From an uncultured virus (IMG/VR IMGVR_UViG_3300022178_000001) (taxonomy: Duplodnaviria > Heunggongvirae > Uroviricota > Caudoviricetes), in IMG/VR virus record IMGVR_UViG_3300022178_000001: a stretch of 64,000 bases of DNA. One strand, given 5' to 3'. A program made the translations under genes and the position numbers. Below the pieces are notes generated by a model. That model saw nothing but the letters and a program-made list of their open reading frames with translations. It did no database searches and had not been told where the DNA came from. Of the stretch, positions 36,771 through 47,363 are shown one piece after another. How positions within the stretch are numbered: position 1 is the stretch's first letter; each line of letters opens with the position of its first letter.

Positions 36771-37599
36771 TTTTAAAGATACAATGGAAACAGAAACAGG
36801 CTCTACTATGGTAGTAGATGCTTTGAATCTGGCTTTTAGATGGAAACATCAGGGAAGGTCAGATTTTAGATACGACTATCTGCAAACAGTAGAAAGTTTA
36901 GCTAAATCTTACAAATGTAGTAATTTAATTATTGCTGCTGATTGGGGTTCTTCATCTTATAGAAAAATGATCTTACCCGCGTATAAACAAAATAGAAAAG
37001 ATAAGTTTGCAGATCAAACAGAAGAAGAAAAAATTGCCTTTGAAGAATTTTTCGAGGAGTACGAAGCAACCTTAGAGCTTTTAGCAGATAAATATACAAT
37101 TTTACGTTATGAAGGCGTAGAGGCTGATGATATAGCCGCGCATCTAGTAAAAGAAAAAAGAAAGTATGGGCTAGAAAAGATTTGGTTAATATCAAGCGAT
37201 AGAGATTGGGACTTACTAATAGATGAAAGTACTGCTAGATTTTCATATGTTACTCGAAAAGAGATAACAATAGATAACTGGAGTGAGCATTACGAAGTAC
37301 CTCGTGATGAATATATTTCATTTAAATGTTTAACAGGAGATAAAGGAGACAATGTTCCTGGAGTTCCAGGCATAGGGCCAAAGAGAGCTGTAGACCTTAT
37401 AAAAGAGTATGGAAATGCTCTTAATATATACGACTCTTTACCTATTCCTAGCAAGTATAAATATATACAGAGTTTGAATGAAAGTAAAGATTTAATACTA
37501 ATAAATTATGAATTAATGGATTTAATTACATATTGCGATGATGCTATCGGAGCCAGTAACTTGGCAGATATTGAAAGGAGAATGATAGGCAATGCCTAA
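36760..37599 (+). CDS. 5'-3' flap endonuclease (T5 D15-like)
   Basis: YKQNR, EADD, SSDRD, GDKGDNVPGVPGIGPK. Confidence 0.95.
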   Translation: MAFNFKDTMETETGSTMVVDALNLAFRWKHQGRSDFRYDYLQTVESLAKSYKCSNLIIAADWGSSSYRKMILPAYKQNRKDKFADQTEEEKIAFEEFFEEYEATLELLADKYTILRYEGVEADDIAAHLVKEKRKYGLEKIWLISSDRDWDLLIDESTARFSYVTRKEITIDNWSEHYEVPRDEYISFKCLTGDKGDNVPGVPGIGPKRAVDLIKEYGNALNIYDSLPIPSKYKYIQSLNESKDLILINYELMDLITYCDDAIGASNLADIERRMIGNA

Positions 37600-39376
37600 G
37601 TACAATATAGAAATTAATTATAATAGAGATAACTATCTTTCAGAGTTTAGTAAGAAAACTCTGGAAGATAGATATATGATCGATGGAGAGCTTTCTCCTC
37701 AAGACGCCTTCGCGAGGGCTGCTTGTGCTTTTGCTGATAATACTGCCCATGCACAAAGACTATACGATTATGCTAGTAAACTGTGGTTTATGTTTTCTAC
37801 GCCTCTACTATCTAATGGGGGCACTAATAGGGGTCTTCCTATTAGCTGTTTCTTGAACTATGTGGACGATAGTAGAGAAGGTATTACAGGACATTATACG
37901 GAAAATGCTTTCTTATCTTCGGCCGGTGGCGGGGTCGGAGGATGCTGGAGTGGTGTACGAAGTGTAGGATCTAAAACCTCAGCGGGGTCAGAAAGTACTG
38001 GAGTTATTCCATTTCTAAAAGTAGTAGATGCAGAGATGCTAGCATTTTCTCAGGGCGTTACTCGTCGTGGAAGCTACGCAGCATACTTGGATATGTCCCA
38101 TCCAGAGATAGAAGAATTTCTTGATGTTCGTAAACCTACGGGTGGTGATATCAATAGAAAATCTACTAATCTTCATCATGGTGTAATGATTGGGGACGAT
38201 TTTATGAAACTTATTGAGGCTGCTACTTTGAATGCAGGTTTTGATGATGCATGGCCATTAATCGATCCACATACTGGGGCAACTAAAAAAGTTGTATCTG
38301 CAAAAACTCTATGGGTAAAATTGATTCAAAATCGAGTAGAAACGGGGGAGCCTTATGTAGTTTTTCGAGATACAGTAGATGCTGCGGTACCTGAGTATCA
38401 AAAAAATATGGGGCTAAAAGTACATCAGTCAAATCTTTGCTCAGAAATTACATTACCTACGGACAAAGATCGCACAGCAGTGTGCTGTCTATCAAGTGTA
38501 AATTTGGAAGAGTTTGATGAATGGAAAAATAATACCCAATTTATTCCTGATCTAGTAAGAATGTTGGATAATGTACTAACCTTCTTTATTGAAACAGCCC
38601 CTGATCAGTTATCAAGAGCTGTATACAGTGCTACACAGGAAAGAAGTATAGGTCTTGGGGCCATGGGGTTTCATGCGTATTTACAGCGTCAGAATATTCC
38701 TTTTGAGAGTCCGATGGCAAAAGGCAAGAACATGATTATGTTTAAGAGAATTAAGGAGGAAGCAGTACGTGAAACTCAACAGCTTGCTATCGAGCGAGGA
38801 GAGTGTCCTGATGGACGAGGCTATGGAGTGCGTAATGCACATCTTATGGCCGTTGCTCCTAACGCCTCTAGCAGTATTATTTGTGGCAACACATCTCCTT
38901 CTATTGAGCCTTATCGTGCTAACGCTTTTACTCAAAAGACTAAGAGTGGTAGTAGCTTACTTAAAAACGAATACCTTGAAAATGTTCTTCAAGATATCGG
39001 GCAAGATACGGACGAAGTTTGGAAGAGTATAATTACAAATAGTGGATCAGTACAACATCTAGAGTTTCTAGATGATTGGACAAAAGATGTATTTAAGACG
39101 GCAGTTGAGATAGACCAAAGATGGGTTATAGACTTAGCTGCAGATAGACAAGAGTTTATTTGTCAAAGTCAATCTTTAAATGTATTTTTCCCCGCTAATG
39201 TGTCAAAACAAGAGCTTCATGCCGTTCATATAATGGCATGGAAGAAAAAAGTAAAAACACTTTATTACTTACGAAGTGAAGCGTATAAAAGAGCCGAAAA
39301 TGTATCCGACGAAGCACTTCGAAAGTATATTTTTGATAGTTTAGATGATGAAGGTTGCTTGGCCTGTGAAGGGTAA
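37592..39376 (+). CDS. nrdA: Class I ribonucleotide reductase alpha subunit (no ATP cone)
   Basis: STP, PISC, SNLCSEI, APNASSS, KTLYY, CLACEG. Confidence 0.96.
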   Translation: MPKYNIEINYNRDNYLSEFSKKTLEDRYMIDGELSPQDAFARAACAFADNTAHAQRLYDYASKLWFMFSTPLLSNGGTNRGLPISCFLNYVDDSREGITGHYTENAFLSSAGGGVGGCWSGVRSVGSKTSAGSESTGVIPFLKVVDAEMLAFSQGVTRRGSYAAYLDMSHPEIEEFLDVRKPTGGDINRKSTNLHHGVMIGDDFMKLIEAATLNAGFDDAWPLIDPHTGATKKVVSAKTLWVKLIQNRVETGEPYVVFRDTVDAAVPEYQKNMGLKVHQSNLCSEITLPTDKDRTAVCCLSSVNLEEFDEWKNNTQFIPDLVRMLDNVLTFFIETAPDQLSRAVYSATQERSIGLGAMGFHAYLQRQNIPFESPMAKGKNMIMFKRIKEEAVRETQQLAIERGECPDGRGYGVRNAHLMAVAPNASSSIICGNTSPSIEPYRANAFTQKTKSGSSLLKNEYLENVLQDIGQDTDEVWKSIITNSGSVQHLEFLDDWTKDVFKTAVEIDQRWVIDLAADRQEFICQSQSLNVFFPANVSKQELHAVHIMAWKKKVKTLYYLRSEAYKRAENVSDEALRKYIFDSLDDEGCLACEG

Positions 39377-39530
39377 GTACTGGATAATTTGGAAATATAC
39401 AATAGGTAGTTTCTCAGATGAAAAAACAGCAGAGTACGATAATATAGTAGCAGTATTAAGAAGTGCTATTGTAGGTATAAATTTTATGACCTGTTTTTTC
39501 ATCATGGCAAACGTAGTACACAATTGGTAG
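39345..39530 (+). CDS. Small hypothetical membrane protein
   Basis: WKYTIGSFSDEKT.EYD...NVVHNW between nrdA and nrdB. Confidence 0.6.
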   Translation: MMKVAWPVKGKYWIIWKYTIGSFSDEKTAEYDNIVAVLRSAIVGINFMTCFFIMANVVHNW

Positions 39531-39541
39531 GAGAGAAAGAA

Positions 39542-40501
39542 ATGAGTTTACTAGAAGAAAGATCATACTATAAGCCTTTTAATTATCCATGGGCTTTTGA
39601 GCATTATAAGACTCAGCAGCATATGCATTGGCTTCCTGACGAAGTTAATTTAGCAGATGATTTAAAAGATTATAGAGAAAAACTAGCTCCAGAGAGCCGG
39701 CGATTAATTAATCAAATTTTTAGATTTTTTACTCAGGCAGACGTAGATGTTTGTTGTGGATATGCAACGCATTATTTACCAACATTTAAGCAACCTGAAG
39801 TACGCATGATGTTAAGTGCATTCGCTGCTATGGAAGCAGTACATCAAGAAGCCTACTCTCTACTCTTAGAGACTTTAGGCTTTGGGGATGATGAGTACCA
39901 AAAGTTTTTTGAGCATAAAGAAATGCTTGATAAGCACGAATACTTAAATAATTTCGGAATGGATACTAATGTCAATATAGCTAAGACTATGGCTATTTAC
40001 TCTGGATTCACCGAAGGAGTTCAACTATTTAGTAGTTTTGCTATATTATTGAACTTTCCTCGTCATAACCTAATGAAAGGTATGGGACAAATCGTTACAT
40101 GGTCAATTCGAGATGAAACTCTTCATGTTGAAGGCATGTCTCAACTTTTCCGTACTTTTATTCAAGAAAACCCAGAGCTATGGAATGATGATCTAAAATA
40201 TGAAATCTATTGTGCGGCAGAACGAACTGTAGATTTGGAGGATGCTTTTATTGATCTATGCTTTGAGGGAGCTATAGTTCCCGGACTTACACCGCAAGAA
40301 GTAAAAGACTATATTCGGTATATTGCAGATCGTAGACTCCTGGGTCTCGGTATGAAAAAAATCTTTTCAAGTAAGGACAACCCGCTTCCTTGGCTAGATT
40401 ATATGCTAAATGGAGTAGAGCACGCTAATTTTTTCGAAAATAGGGCAACTGAGTACTCTAGAGCAAGCACCACGGGTAATTGGCAAGACATTTTTAAATA
40501 A
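39542..40501 (+). CDS. nrdB: Class I ribonucleotide reductase beta subunit
   Basis: FFTQAD, EAVHQEAY, EGVQLF, RDETLH, NFFE. Confidence 0.96.
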   Translation: MSLLEERSYYKPFNYPWAFEHYKTQQHMHWLPDEVNLADDLKDYREKLAPESRRLINQIFRFFTQADVDVCCGYATHYLPTFKQPEVRMMLSAFAAMEAVHQEAYSLLLETLGFGDDEYQKFFEHKEMLDKHEYLNNFGMDTNVNIAKTMAIYSGFTEGVQLFSSFAILLNFPRHNLMKGMGQIVTWSIRDETLHVEGMSQLFRTFIQENPELWNDDLKYEIYCAAERTVDLEDAFIDLCFEGAIVPGLTPQEVKDYIRYIADRRLLGLGMKKIFSSKDNPLPWLDYMLNGVEHANFFENRATEYSRASTTGNWQDIFK

Positions 40502-40512
40502 GGAAACAAAAA

Positions 40513-40776
40513 ATGACAGAAGAAGTAAAAGATCCAAATGAAGTACAATCAATTAATATTGATGGAACACCTCACGACATTGATAGTTTAACAGAGCTAG
40601 CTAAGTTTTATGTGTCTCAACTACAAGATCTGCAGCAGAAACTTGGCAGGCTTAAGTTTGAGGTTACTCAAGTAGAGGTAGCTAATAATGGCTTTATGCA
40701 AATGTTGCGTGATGAGATTGCTAATCCAAAACCACCACCTACTGCAGAAGCACCAGTTGAAGTTGTAAAGCAGTAA
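40513..40776 (+). CDS. Hypothetical coiled-coil protein
   Basis: AGGA RBS; last gene of the rightward block. Confidence 0.75.
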   Translation: MTEEVKDPNEVQSINIDGTPHDIDSLTELAKFYVSQLQDLQQKLGRLKFEVTQVEVANNGFMQMLRDEIANPKPPPTAEAPVEVVKQ

Positions 40777-40808
40777 AAAACTAGGGGGGCAATAGCCCCT
40801 CTTTTTTT
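40775..40808. terminator. Bidirectional terminator between convergent operons
   Basis: AAAAAA..AGGGGGGC-AATA-GCCCCTCT-TTTTTT. Confidence 0.8.
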
Positions 40809-41718
40809 AGTAAGTACCGTTCCTATATCTACCAAGCGCTGTCGGACTTCCAGCAGTACCATTAATACCCATGTTAAAACCCGCCGCCGCAGCTTCAGTT
40901 TCTGCTATTATAATATTATCAAATAGCGCGGGTTGTGATAAAGTACCAAATCCATATTGCTGTGGCCCTGAAAATTTTGCTGCAACGCCCGATAAAGTGT
41001 ACACAAGCTCATCTTTAAGCGTAGTACTTCCAGCATCGGTTGATTTACAGCGTATAGTATCGCCCTCTCTAATAACTTGAATCACAGTACCAGGTAAAGG
41101 TGAGAAAGTATTCCAGTTGGCATTACTGTTTTGTAAAACTATTTTATTAGGATCTACAGATGTTTTCAAAGTTGCGCTATCAGACTGAAAATAATTATAC
41201 ATTATAGACCATGAAGCTTGCGCCCCCACTAAAAGATTTTGCATTCTTAGCGCACTAATAGTATATTCATTACCTACAGTTCCATAAGTTCCTGCAGTAT
41301 CTTTAAAATATGCAACTACTATTGATAATACATCATTATCACCCACCGTTGTTACTTCTGCTTGTATGAAAAAATTGTCTTGAGCTTGCGAAGAAGGGGA
41401 TACAAAACCTACATAAGTATTACTATTAAGTACACACTTTATCCCTACATTATCAGAGTCTTTTGCCCAATTATTATTACCAGTTTCTACTGTACTCGCG
41501 GGGAAGTTCCCACTAGTATTATGAGAAAATCTTTGCCAGTTATCAAAAATATCAGTAGTAGCTGCTGCCGTTAAAGCGCCTCCTGCATAGAAATAATCGG
41601 GGCTTGATAAAGCATTTCTTATATCAGGATCGTTCAAACTAACCGTAGTACCTGATACTCCTCCCACTATTAAATGTAAATTAGCTAAGGATAAATTAGT
41701 TTTTGGTAATATTGCCAT
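40807..41718 (-). CDS. Putative receptor-binding/tail fibre tip protein with lectin-like domain
   Basis: N-terminal LSLANLH...GG..T.VSLND.DIR typical of small fibre-associated proteins; beta-sandwich body; last gene of tail operon. Confidence 0.65.
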   Translation of the reverse strand: MAILPKTNLSLANLHLIVGGVSGTTVSLNDPDIRNALSSPDYFYAGGALTAAATTDIFDNWQRFSHNTSGNFPASTVETGNNNWAKDSDNVGIKCVLNSNTYVGFVSPSSQAQDNFFIQAEVTTVGDNDVLSIVVAYFKDTAGTYGTVGNEYTISALRMQNLLVGAQASWSIMYNYFQSDSATLKTSVDPNKIVLQNSNANWNTFSPLPGTVIQVIREGDTIRCKSTDAGSTTLKDELVYTLSGVAAKFSGPQQYGFGTLSQPALFDNIIIAETEAAAAGFNMGINGTAGSPTALGRYRNGTY

Positions 41719-44700
41719 TTTCTAGTTCCTCTACTCTTGCTTTTAGTTCTTTTATTGCTTCAATTAATAAAGGTATTAGTGCCTCATACCTTACCCCAAG
41801 AGTTCCATCTTTTCTAGTAGCTACAGCTTCTGGTACCACTGCTTGCACCTCTTGAGCAATTACACCTACATCTTTTTTACGTACAAAGTATCCATCTTCC
41901 CCGCCCTTAGATTCTATTACGGAGTCTATCCAGTTGAAATCAACTCCTCTTAATGTATTTACTTTATCTAAAGAATTTTGAATGGGTGTTATATCTGTCT
42001 TTAAAGTTTGATCAGATGTATAGTATGCTATAACATTGCCCTGGCCTCTAATGTCTCCCACAGTTTCTAGGTCGCCTTCATGACTAACTTTTAACTTCCA
42101 ATTGAGAAAACTAGGTGTAACCGCTCCATCGTGTATAAAGAAGTTTGCTGTATTTCCCGCACTGGCCGTGCCCCCATTATTTAAAACATTATATATATCT
42201 AACTCAGAATTAATAGTGATAGTAGGCCTATTAGTTACTGTGGTGTCATCATTCATAGAGAACGTACAATTTGTATCTTCTAATGCATTTCCATTTAAGT
42301 CAAGAGTTCCTCCAAGCTGAGGAGTAGTATCCTGTAATAAAGATGTAAATGTTTCAGACGTTAAATAACTACTTAAGTCAGCAGGAGTAAAAGTAAATAC
42401 GCCCGTACTATTATTGTACGATAAGGCACCTGACGCGCTAGCAGCATTTGTGGATACACTAAATGCAGTTAAGTCTACGCCCGCACTACCTATGTCAGCA
42501 GGAGTAAAAGTAAATACGCCCGTACTATTATTGTACGATAAGGAGCCTCCGCCATTAGCGGCTGCATTTGTGGATACACTAAGGTTAGTTAACTCTATTC
42601 CTCCTCCTGCACTACTTAAGTCAGCAGGAGTAAAAGTAAATACGCCCGTACTATTATTGTACGCTAAGGAGCCTCCGCCATTAGCGGCTGCGTCTGTGCC
42701 AATGCTGATACTATCCAGTGCCAGTATAGATGTATCTCCAGCTAAAGCTGTTGTACTCGTAGTTCCTAGTTGTAATAAAGCAGTATCTCCAGCTAAAGCT
42801 GTTGTACTCGTAGTTCCTAGTTGTAATAAAGCAGTATCTCCAGCTAAAGCTGTTCCAGCCGTAGTTCCTAGTTGTAAGTTAGGAGTAAGATCACTTATCT
42901 GACTTTCAGTAATTGATAATGCTGCTTCATGTTGAGTAACACTGCTTTCAGTGATATTAGCATCCGGGACATCCGCCCATGTAACTGCTGCTGTTAAATC
43001 GTTTACTTCTGCAGTTCCAGCGGCGGGGGCAAAAGTAAATACACCATTAGCATCATTGTACGCTAAAGAGCCACCACCACTACCAGCTACAGTAGTAACA
43101 CTTATATCGTCAAGTTTTATAAAACTACTTGCATCATGAGTTTTTGTTACATTATACGTCTTTGTACGATTTTTTGTTGAATTTGAAGGATCATTTCCGT
43201 CTACAACTTCCACATCAAATTGTAGGGTAGAAGCATCATAAGCAGGATCTGTTAAAGTAAAACTACGGGTTACTGTTACTCCACCCGCAGTACCGACAGT
43301 ATCTTCCGCTTCGTCTAGATATTGAAAAGCGTCCCCCGTAACTTTAACAATAGGATTGTCATACCCAGAAGTATCAATTTCTAAAGAAAAAGCGCTACTA
43401 ATTGCAGTTCCTGCAGTATTATATTCTATAACAGGGGAGCCTACTTTTTGTACCTCTACTTGATACTGTTTACTTCCTACAGGATCGGTTGTTAAAAAAT
43501 TAACAGTACTAAAAGAATTAGTTAATGAGGATCTTCTAATGCTTGCAATAACTGTGTCTTCTTCAAGAAGGAAATTCAAAGAAGACTTATATATCGTCCT
43601 ATCCGTAAAGCTAATATCACTTGTAGCATCAATAACAGCAAAAGTATCAGTTACTACTGCAATTACTGTCCCTATTACATAAGACCCGTCTGTATTACTA
43701 ACTCGAATCTTGTTACGCACAGCTAAATCTGTAAGAAAAGTGGTATTAGTCCCCCTAATAATTGAAGATCGTGAAGCTATACTAACTGTACCTGTGAGAG
43801 GGCCGGCAAAGTTATCTTCTGGAACACCCGCAGTGTCTATTACGTCATACCAATATGAACTTCCTAAAGAGTTATAGTACCCTATTAGTTTAAGAGACGC
43901 ATTTCTTTCTGTGTCATTTTCTGCATCAGGGTCTACTAACCCGGCACTCTTGGCTAATACATAATAAGTTACATTATCTTCAATACCTGTAGAAGTTAAG
44001 TCAAGACTTGCTGTATTTGGTATTACCAGCGGCACTTCAGGAGCTGCATTAGGATTGATAATTACATCCGTACTTGAGTCAAACTTAAAAGCAGCTCCAT
44101 CTGCGGTCGCAAATGTTGTTTGTGTGGCTAGTCCTCCTATTCCAATACCTTCTTGAAGCCTAGATATCTGTAAACTAAATGGATCATCGACCTCGAAAGT
44201 CAAAAGAGATAAGGGAGACGAAGTACCCAAACTACTAATAGTTTGCACTCCTAGTCTATATACTCCTTCATCTATTCCTGAGAATGGATATGCCGATATA
44301 CTTTTATCTACAAAAATAGGATTAGGCATTCCAGGAACAGTATGACTAATCTTATAACCAGATAAGTACTTATATTCTTCTCCATCTAAACCAAGAGGAG
44401 GAAGCCATGCTAATACAAACTCATCTTTACGAGTATTAGGATCAGATAACTGAGACACATATACAGCGTTAGGAGTAGGCACTTTTAGCGCTGCTTGTTC
44501 CATAGGAGGGTCAAACACATTTTCTTTATAAACACTATAGTTGTTTTCGACACTATCAAATTTTTCATTAAAATGTTCAAGAGCAGTAATTGAGTATTTA
44601 TTTGAGGCTTCCTGTACAATTCCTAAAATTTTATACAGTTTTGGAGAATCTACAGAGTAAGAGCCTTCTCCATTCTGCCTACTTAAAGCCCAAACACTTG

Positions 44701-47362
44701 AAGGTATCAAAGGTACCGTAAATTCCGAGTCCAAAACCATAACAGTATACTCTCCGGGTATACCCCCAGTAGTTGCTTCATAATCAATAGCTCTTTCTTC
44801 TACAAAAGTGTGAGGAGACCATGTAATATCTATAATATCGCCAGAGTCATCTTCTATATTAATAGCAGTCTCTTCTCCTCCGTAGTATTTTAAAGGTATT
44901 AATTCTCCTCGTGTATAGTCAATGCCATCTAGAGTTGCCTCTTTTTGAGCTAAAAAAGCCCCTCCTGTACTGATTAACCCAAATAAAGCATAATTTATAT
45001 CTTCTTCAAATAATATAGGTCTATCTAGTTCAACAGCAATTCTGGAAGACGACTTTACTCGACCACTACTAGAGACTTGATTTCTTGCCTGATCCTGTAC
45101 TTGAACTATATCTCCAGGCCTTAAAAAAGCTGCATTAATCGAGGTTTGAAATGAGCAAATTTCAGTTTGATACTGAGCAGTATATAGTTTATATCGTCCG
45201 TATCTTTGTGCCTGCCCCTCAGAAGTTGCTCCAAACGCACTAGAATAAGAAGAAAGTAGCTTATTAGTCTCAACAATTTCAGCCCTATTTTCTACAATTA
45301 AGGGCTCAATTATATAATCTTTTTCAGGGTTATTCCAGCCTACTACTATCTGATTAGGCCTAGCTTTAGTACCACTACTAGTATAACTGAAGGATCCCTC
45401 TATAACATTACCTGCCGTGAATGTATATATAGGATCACTAGCTTGATCTGCAACCGCAGTAACTTTACCATCTATCCAATAAACTAACCCTACGAAAACA
45501 GAAGCTATATCCTTTAGAACTTTATACGCATCTGCTGCTTTTGTAAGATATATATTTGTTTGATATCTAGGCTCTGTACCTCCTTTACCATCTGGAACTA
45601 AGCTATCGCAGTACTTACCAATCCTATATAAAGCATATTTATCAATATCGATATCTTTTATCCAATCTCCAAGACCGTATCTATTATTAGTTACAATATC
45701 ATAAAATACCCACGCAGGATTATTTGTATAAACCAATTCTGGGCGAAAAGAACCGTCCCATAACCCCGAGTACTCCGCAGATATACTACCAGTTTCTTCT
45801 CTAGTTCTATAGTTGGATGGTACTTTTACCTTCATGCCTCTTAATTCATAAGTACGTATAGGAGGGCTTGAAAACTCAGAGCTATCAAATTGTATATTAG
45901 CATAAGCAGTATACGGGTAGCTTAAAGGTTCTTTGATAACCGAATTTATAGAACTAATCGCAGAGGAAGCTACCATAGTAGATTTTTTATGATTTCTATC
46001 AGATCCGTCAGGTCTTACAGACTGACCCTCCTGTCGAGTTACTCTCTCAATAATAAGTTCAAAATCACTAAAAGGTTTAAAAGGCTCCAGCCAAATTCTT
46101 TCTTCCTGTAGAAATTGCCCTTTTATTTTTGCTTTATGTCCTAGTCTGTTATTAGTGGGGCCATATATATTGACTTCCGTCTCTTCTGCACCTCTAAAAA
46201 TTTTTAATTTTACATTATAGAAAGCCCCAGTTTCATGCATTTTACCGTCTTCATTGCCTTGAGTATATAATCCGCTATAATTAAAAACAAATCTTATCTC
46301 ATCTACTTGAGACGCCTGTTCATAGGTTAATCCAAACCCTGTGGGAGAAGTACCCTTATAGCGTACTGGACGCACTTGTCCAATAGTTAACCCAGAAGTA
46401 TCTCCTCCTTCTGCTACAAGATCTTTATATTCTTTACTTTTTGTATCCCAATATTCTAGAGGGTTTATTGTAAAACTAGGTCCTGCGGCAAAACTTACCC
46501 CCGTAGTATTTCCAAAATTAACAACAGGCTTTTGTTCTAATGTTCCTATCCTAAACTCTGTTGAAACGCTTTTATACTTAGATCCAGCTATAACCCCATT
46601 TTGACCATTGGCATTTATAGGTATAGCTCCAGCAATTCCTAGGTCAGAATAGTTACCTGTAGGGGGAAGCCAAGGAAATGCTAAAGTAAAGATGCTAGGA
46701 TCGGCTGTTTCGGAGGCAATAACAAACCAATCTAATTCCAAATTAATACTATCTGCATTCTCTTCTACAAAGCTTAAAGCTTGGGGCGAGTTTGTACCGT
46801 AAACTCTAAATTTAGCAGAAGAAGTTGTTAGAATATCTAGTCTTCCTTGTATAGATTCTCCACCTGCTGCTAGTCTAGATTTATATGTATTTCTAAAACC
46901 CGGAGTTCCGGTAAGTGCACTATAGTCCATCCAAGAACTATCAAAAGAATTATCTGCGCTAGTAAGAGGAACCTCCACAAAAGTAAGAGAGCCCTCCTTT
47001 ATAACGTAGGGAGTTCCTATAGTAACTGAGTTCCTATAGACGTTAAATATATTAATAAAAATGGCTGTGCGAGCAAAAGTATCTATACTACTGGTAGGAT
47101 CATCCAAATACGGATCAATAATAATTTGATCGCTTCCTTGTATAGCTTCTAGAATTTTAGTGGATGCTTTATAAGTACCTACTACCCCCTCTACTATAGG
47201 ATCTTTATTCAGTTTTATTGAAGCATTACCATTTACAAGCCCTTCAATAGGCCCTTCTGATAATAGATCCGTAATATTAACTATTTGACTTCTATCTTTC
47301 TGAAAGGTAGTAGCAATAGTGCCCGAATTTTTATCTGCTATTTTTTGGTCTCTTGAACTCAT
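41696..47362 (-). CDS. Tail tip/central fibre protein (lambda gpJ-like) with fibre repeats and C-terminal Peptidase S74 chaperone
   Basis: DLLSEGPIEGL, KVKVPSNY, YTNNPAW, EPRY, LRPGD, Fn3-like region; SD..LK.DI..GVIAQEV..VRYE..IPLLIEAIKEL. Confidence 0.92.
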   Translation of the reverse strand: MSSRDQKIADKNSGTIATTFQKDRSQIVNITDLLSEGPIEGLVNGNASIKLNKDPIVEGVVGTYKASTKILEAIQGSDQIIIDPYLDDPTSSIDTFARTAIFINIFNVYRNSVTIGTPYVIKEGSLTFVEVPLTSADNSFDSSWMDYSALTGTPGFRNTYKSRLAAGGESIQGRLDILTTSSAKFRVYGTNSPQALSFVEENADSINLELDWFVIASETADPSIFTLAFPWLPPTGNYSDLGIAGAIPINANGQNGVIAGSKYKSVSTEFRIGTLEQKPVVNFGNTTGVSFAAGPSFTINPLEYWDTKSKEYKDLVAEGGDTSGLTIGQVRPVRYKGTSPTGFGLTYEQASQVDEIRFVFNYSGLYTQGNEDGKMHETGAFYNVKLKIFRGAEETEVNIYGPTNNRLGHKAKIKGQFLQEERIWLEPFKPFSDFELIIERVTRQEGQSVRPDGSDRNHKKSTMVASSAISSINSVIKEPLSYPYTAYANIQFDSSEFSSPPIRTYELRGMKVKVPSNYRTREETGSISAEYSGLWDGSFRPELVYTNNPAWVFYDIVTNNRYGLGDWIKDIDIDKYALYRIGKYCDSLVPDGKGGTEPRYQTNIYLTKAADAYKVLKDIASVFVGLVYWIDGKVTAVADQASDPIYTFTAGNVIEGSFSYTSSGTKARPNQIVVGWNNPEKDYIIEPLIVENRAEIVETNKLLSSYSSAFGATSEGQAQRYGRYKLYTAQYQTEICSFQTSINAAFLRPGDIVQVQDQARNQVSSSGRVKSSSRIAVELDRPILFEEDINYALFGLISTGGAFLAQKEATLDGIDYTRGELIPLKYYGGEETAINIEDDSGDIIDITWSPHTFVEERAIDYEATTGGIPGEYTVMVLDSEFTVPLIPSSVWALSRQNGEGSYSVDSPKLYKILGIVQEASNKYSITALEHFNEKFDSVENNYSVYKENVFDPPMEQAALKVPTPNAVYVSQLSDPNTRKDEFVLAWLPPLGLDGEEYKYLSGYKISHTVPGMPNPIFVDKSISAYPFSGIDEGVYRLGVQTISSLGTSSPLSLLTFEVDDPFSLQISRLQEGIGIGGLATQTTFATADGAAFKFDSSTDVIINPNAAPEVPLVIPNTASLDLTSTGIEDNVTYYVLAKSAGLVDPDAENDTERNASLKLIGYYNSLGSSYWYDVIDTAGVPEDNFAGPLTGTVSIASRSSIIRGTNTTFLTDLAVRNKIRVSNTDGSYVIGTVIAVVTDTFAVIDATSDISFTDRTIYKSSLNFLLEEDTVIASIRRSSLTNSFSTVNFLTTDPVGSKQYQVEVQKVGSPVIEYNTAGTAISSAFSLEIDTSGYDNPIVKVTGDAFQYLDEAEDTVGTAGGVTVTRSFTLTDPAYDASTLQFDVEVVDGNDPSNSTKNRTKTYNVTKTHDASSFIKLDDISVTTVAGSGGGSLAYNDANGVFTFAPAAGTAEVNDLTAAVTWADVPDANITESSVTQHEAALSITESQISDLTPNLQLGTTAGTALAGDTALLQLGTTSTTALAGDTALLQLGTTSTTALAGDTSILALDSISIGTDAAANGGGSLAYNNSTGVFTFTPADLSSAGGGIELTNLSVSTNAAANGGGSLSYNNSTGVFTFTPADIGSAGVDLTAFSVSTNAASASGALSYNNSTGVFTFTPADLSSYLTSETFTSLLQDTTPQLGGTLDLNGNALEDTNCTFSMNDDTTVTNRPTITINSELDIYNVLNNGGTASAGNTANFFIHDGAVTPSFLNWKLKVSHEGDLETVGDIRGQGNVIAYYTSDQTLKTDITPIQNSLDKVNTLRGVDFNWIDSVIESKGGEDGYFVRKKDVGVIAQEVQAVVPEAVATRKDGTLGVRYEALIPLLIEAIKELKARVEELENGNITKN
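42370..42700 (-). repeat. Three near-identical intragenic repeats (G.L.YNNSTGVFTFTPAD)
   Basis: GTCAGCAGGAGTAAAAGTAAATACGCCCGTACTATTATTGTACG occurs three times; a diverged fourth copy lies near 43030. Confidence 0.9.
42732..42874 (-). repeat. 51-nt tandem repeat (~2.8 copies; LQLGTTSTTALAGDTAL)
   Basis: Units start at 42732, 42783 and 42834. Confidence 0.9.
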
Positions 47363-47363
47363 A

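Noticed and set aside
27591..40501. Introns, inteins or homing endonucleases in pol, helicases or nrdAB
   Set aside because: Genes are contiguous and of expected length; the small ORF between nrdA and nrdB has no HNH, GIY-YIG or LAGLIDADG motif
42370..42874. CRISPR array or DGR template/variable repeat
   Set aside because: Repeats are in-frame coding units without unique spacers; no cas genes, no reverse transcriptase, no adenine-specific mismatch pattern
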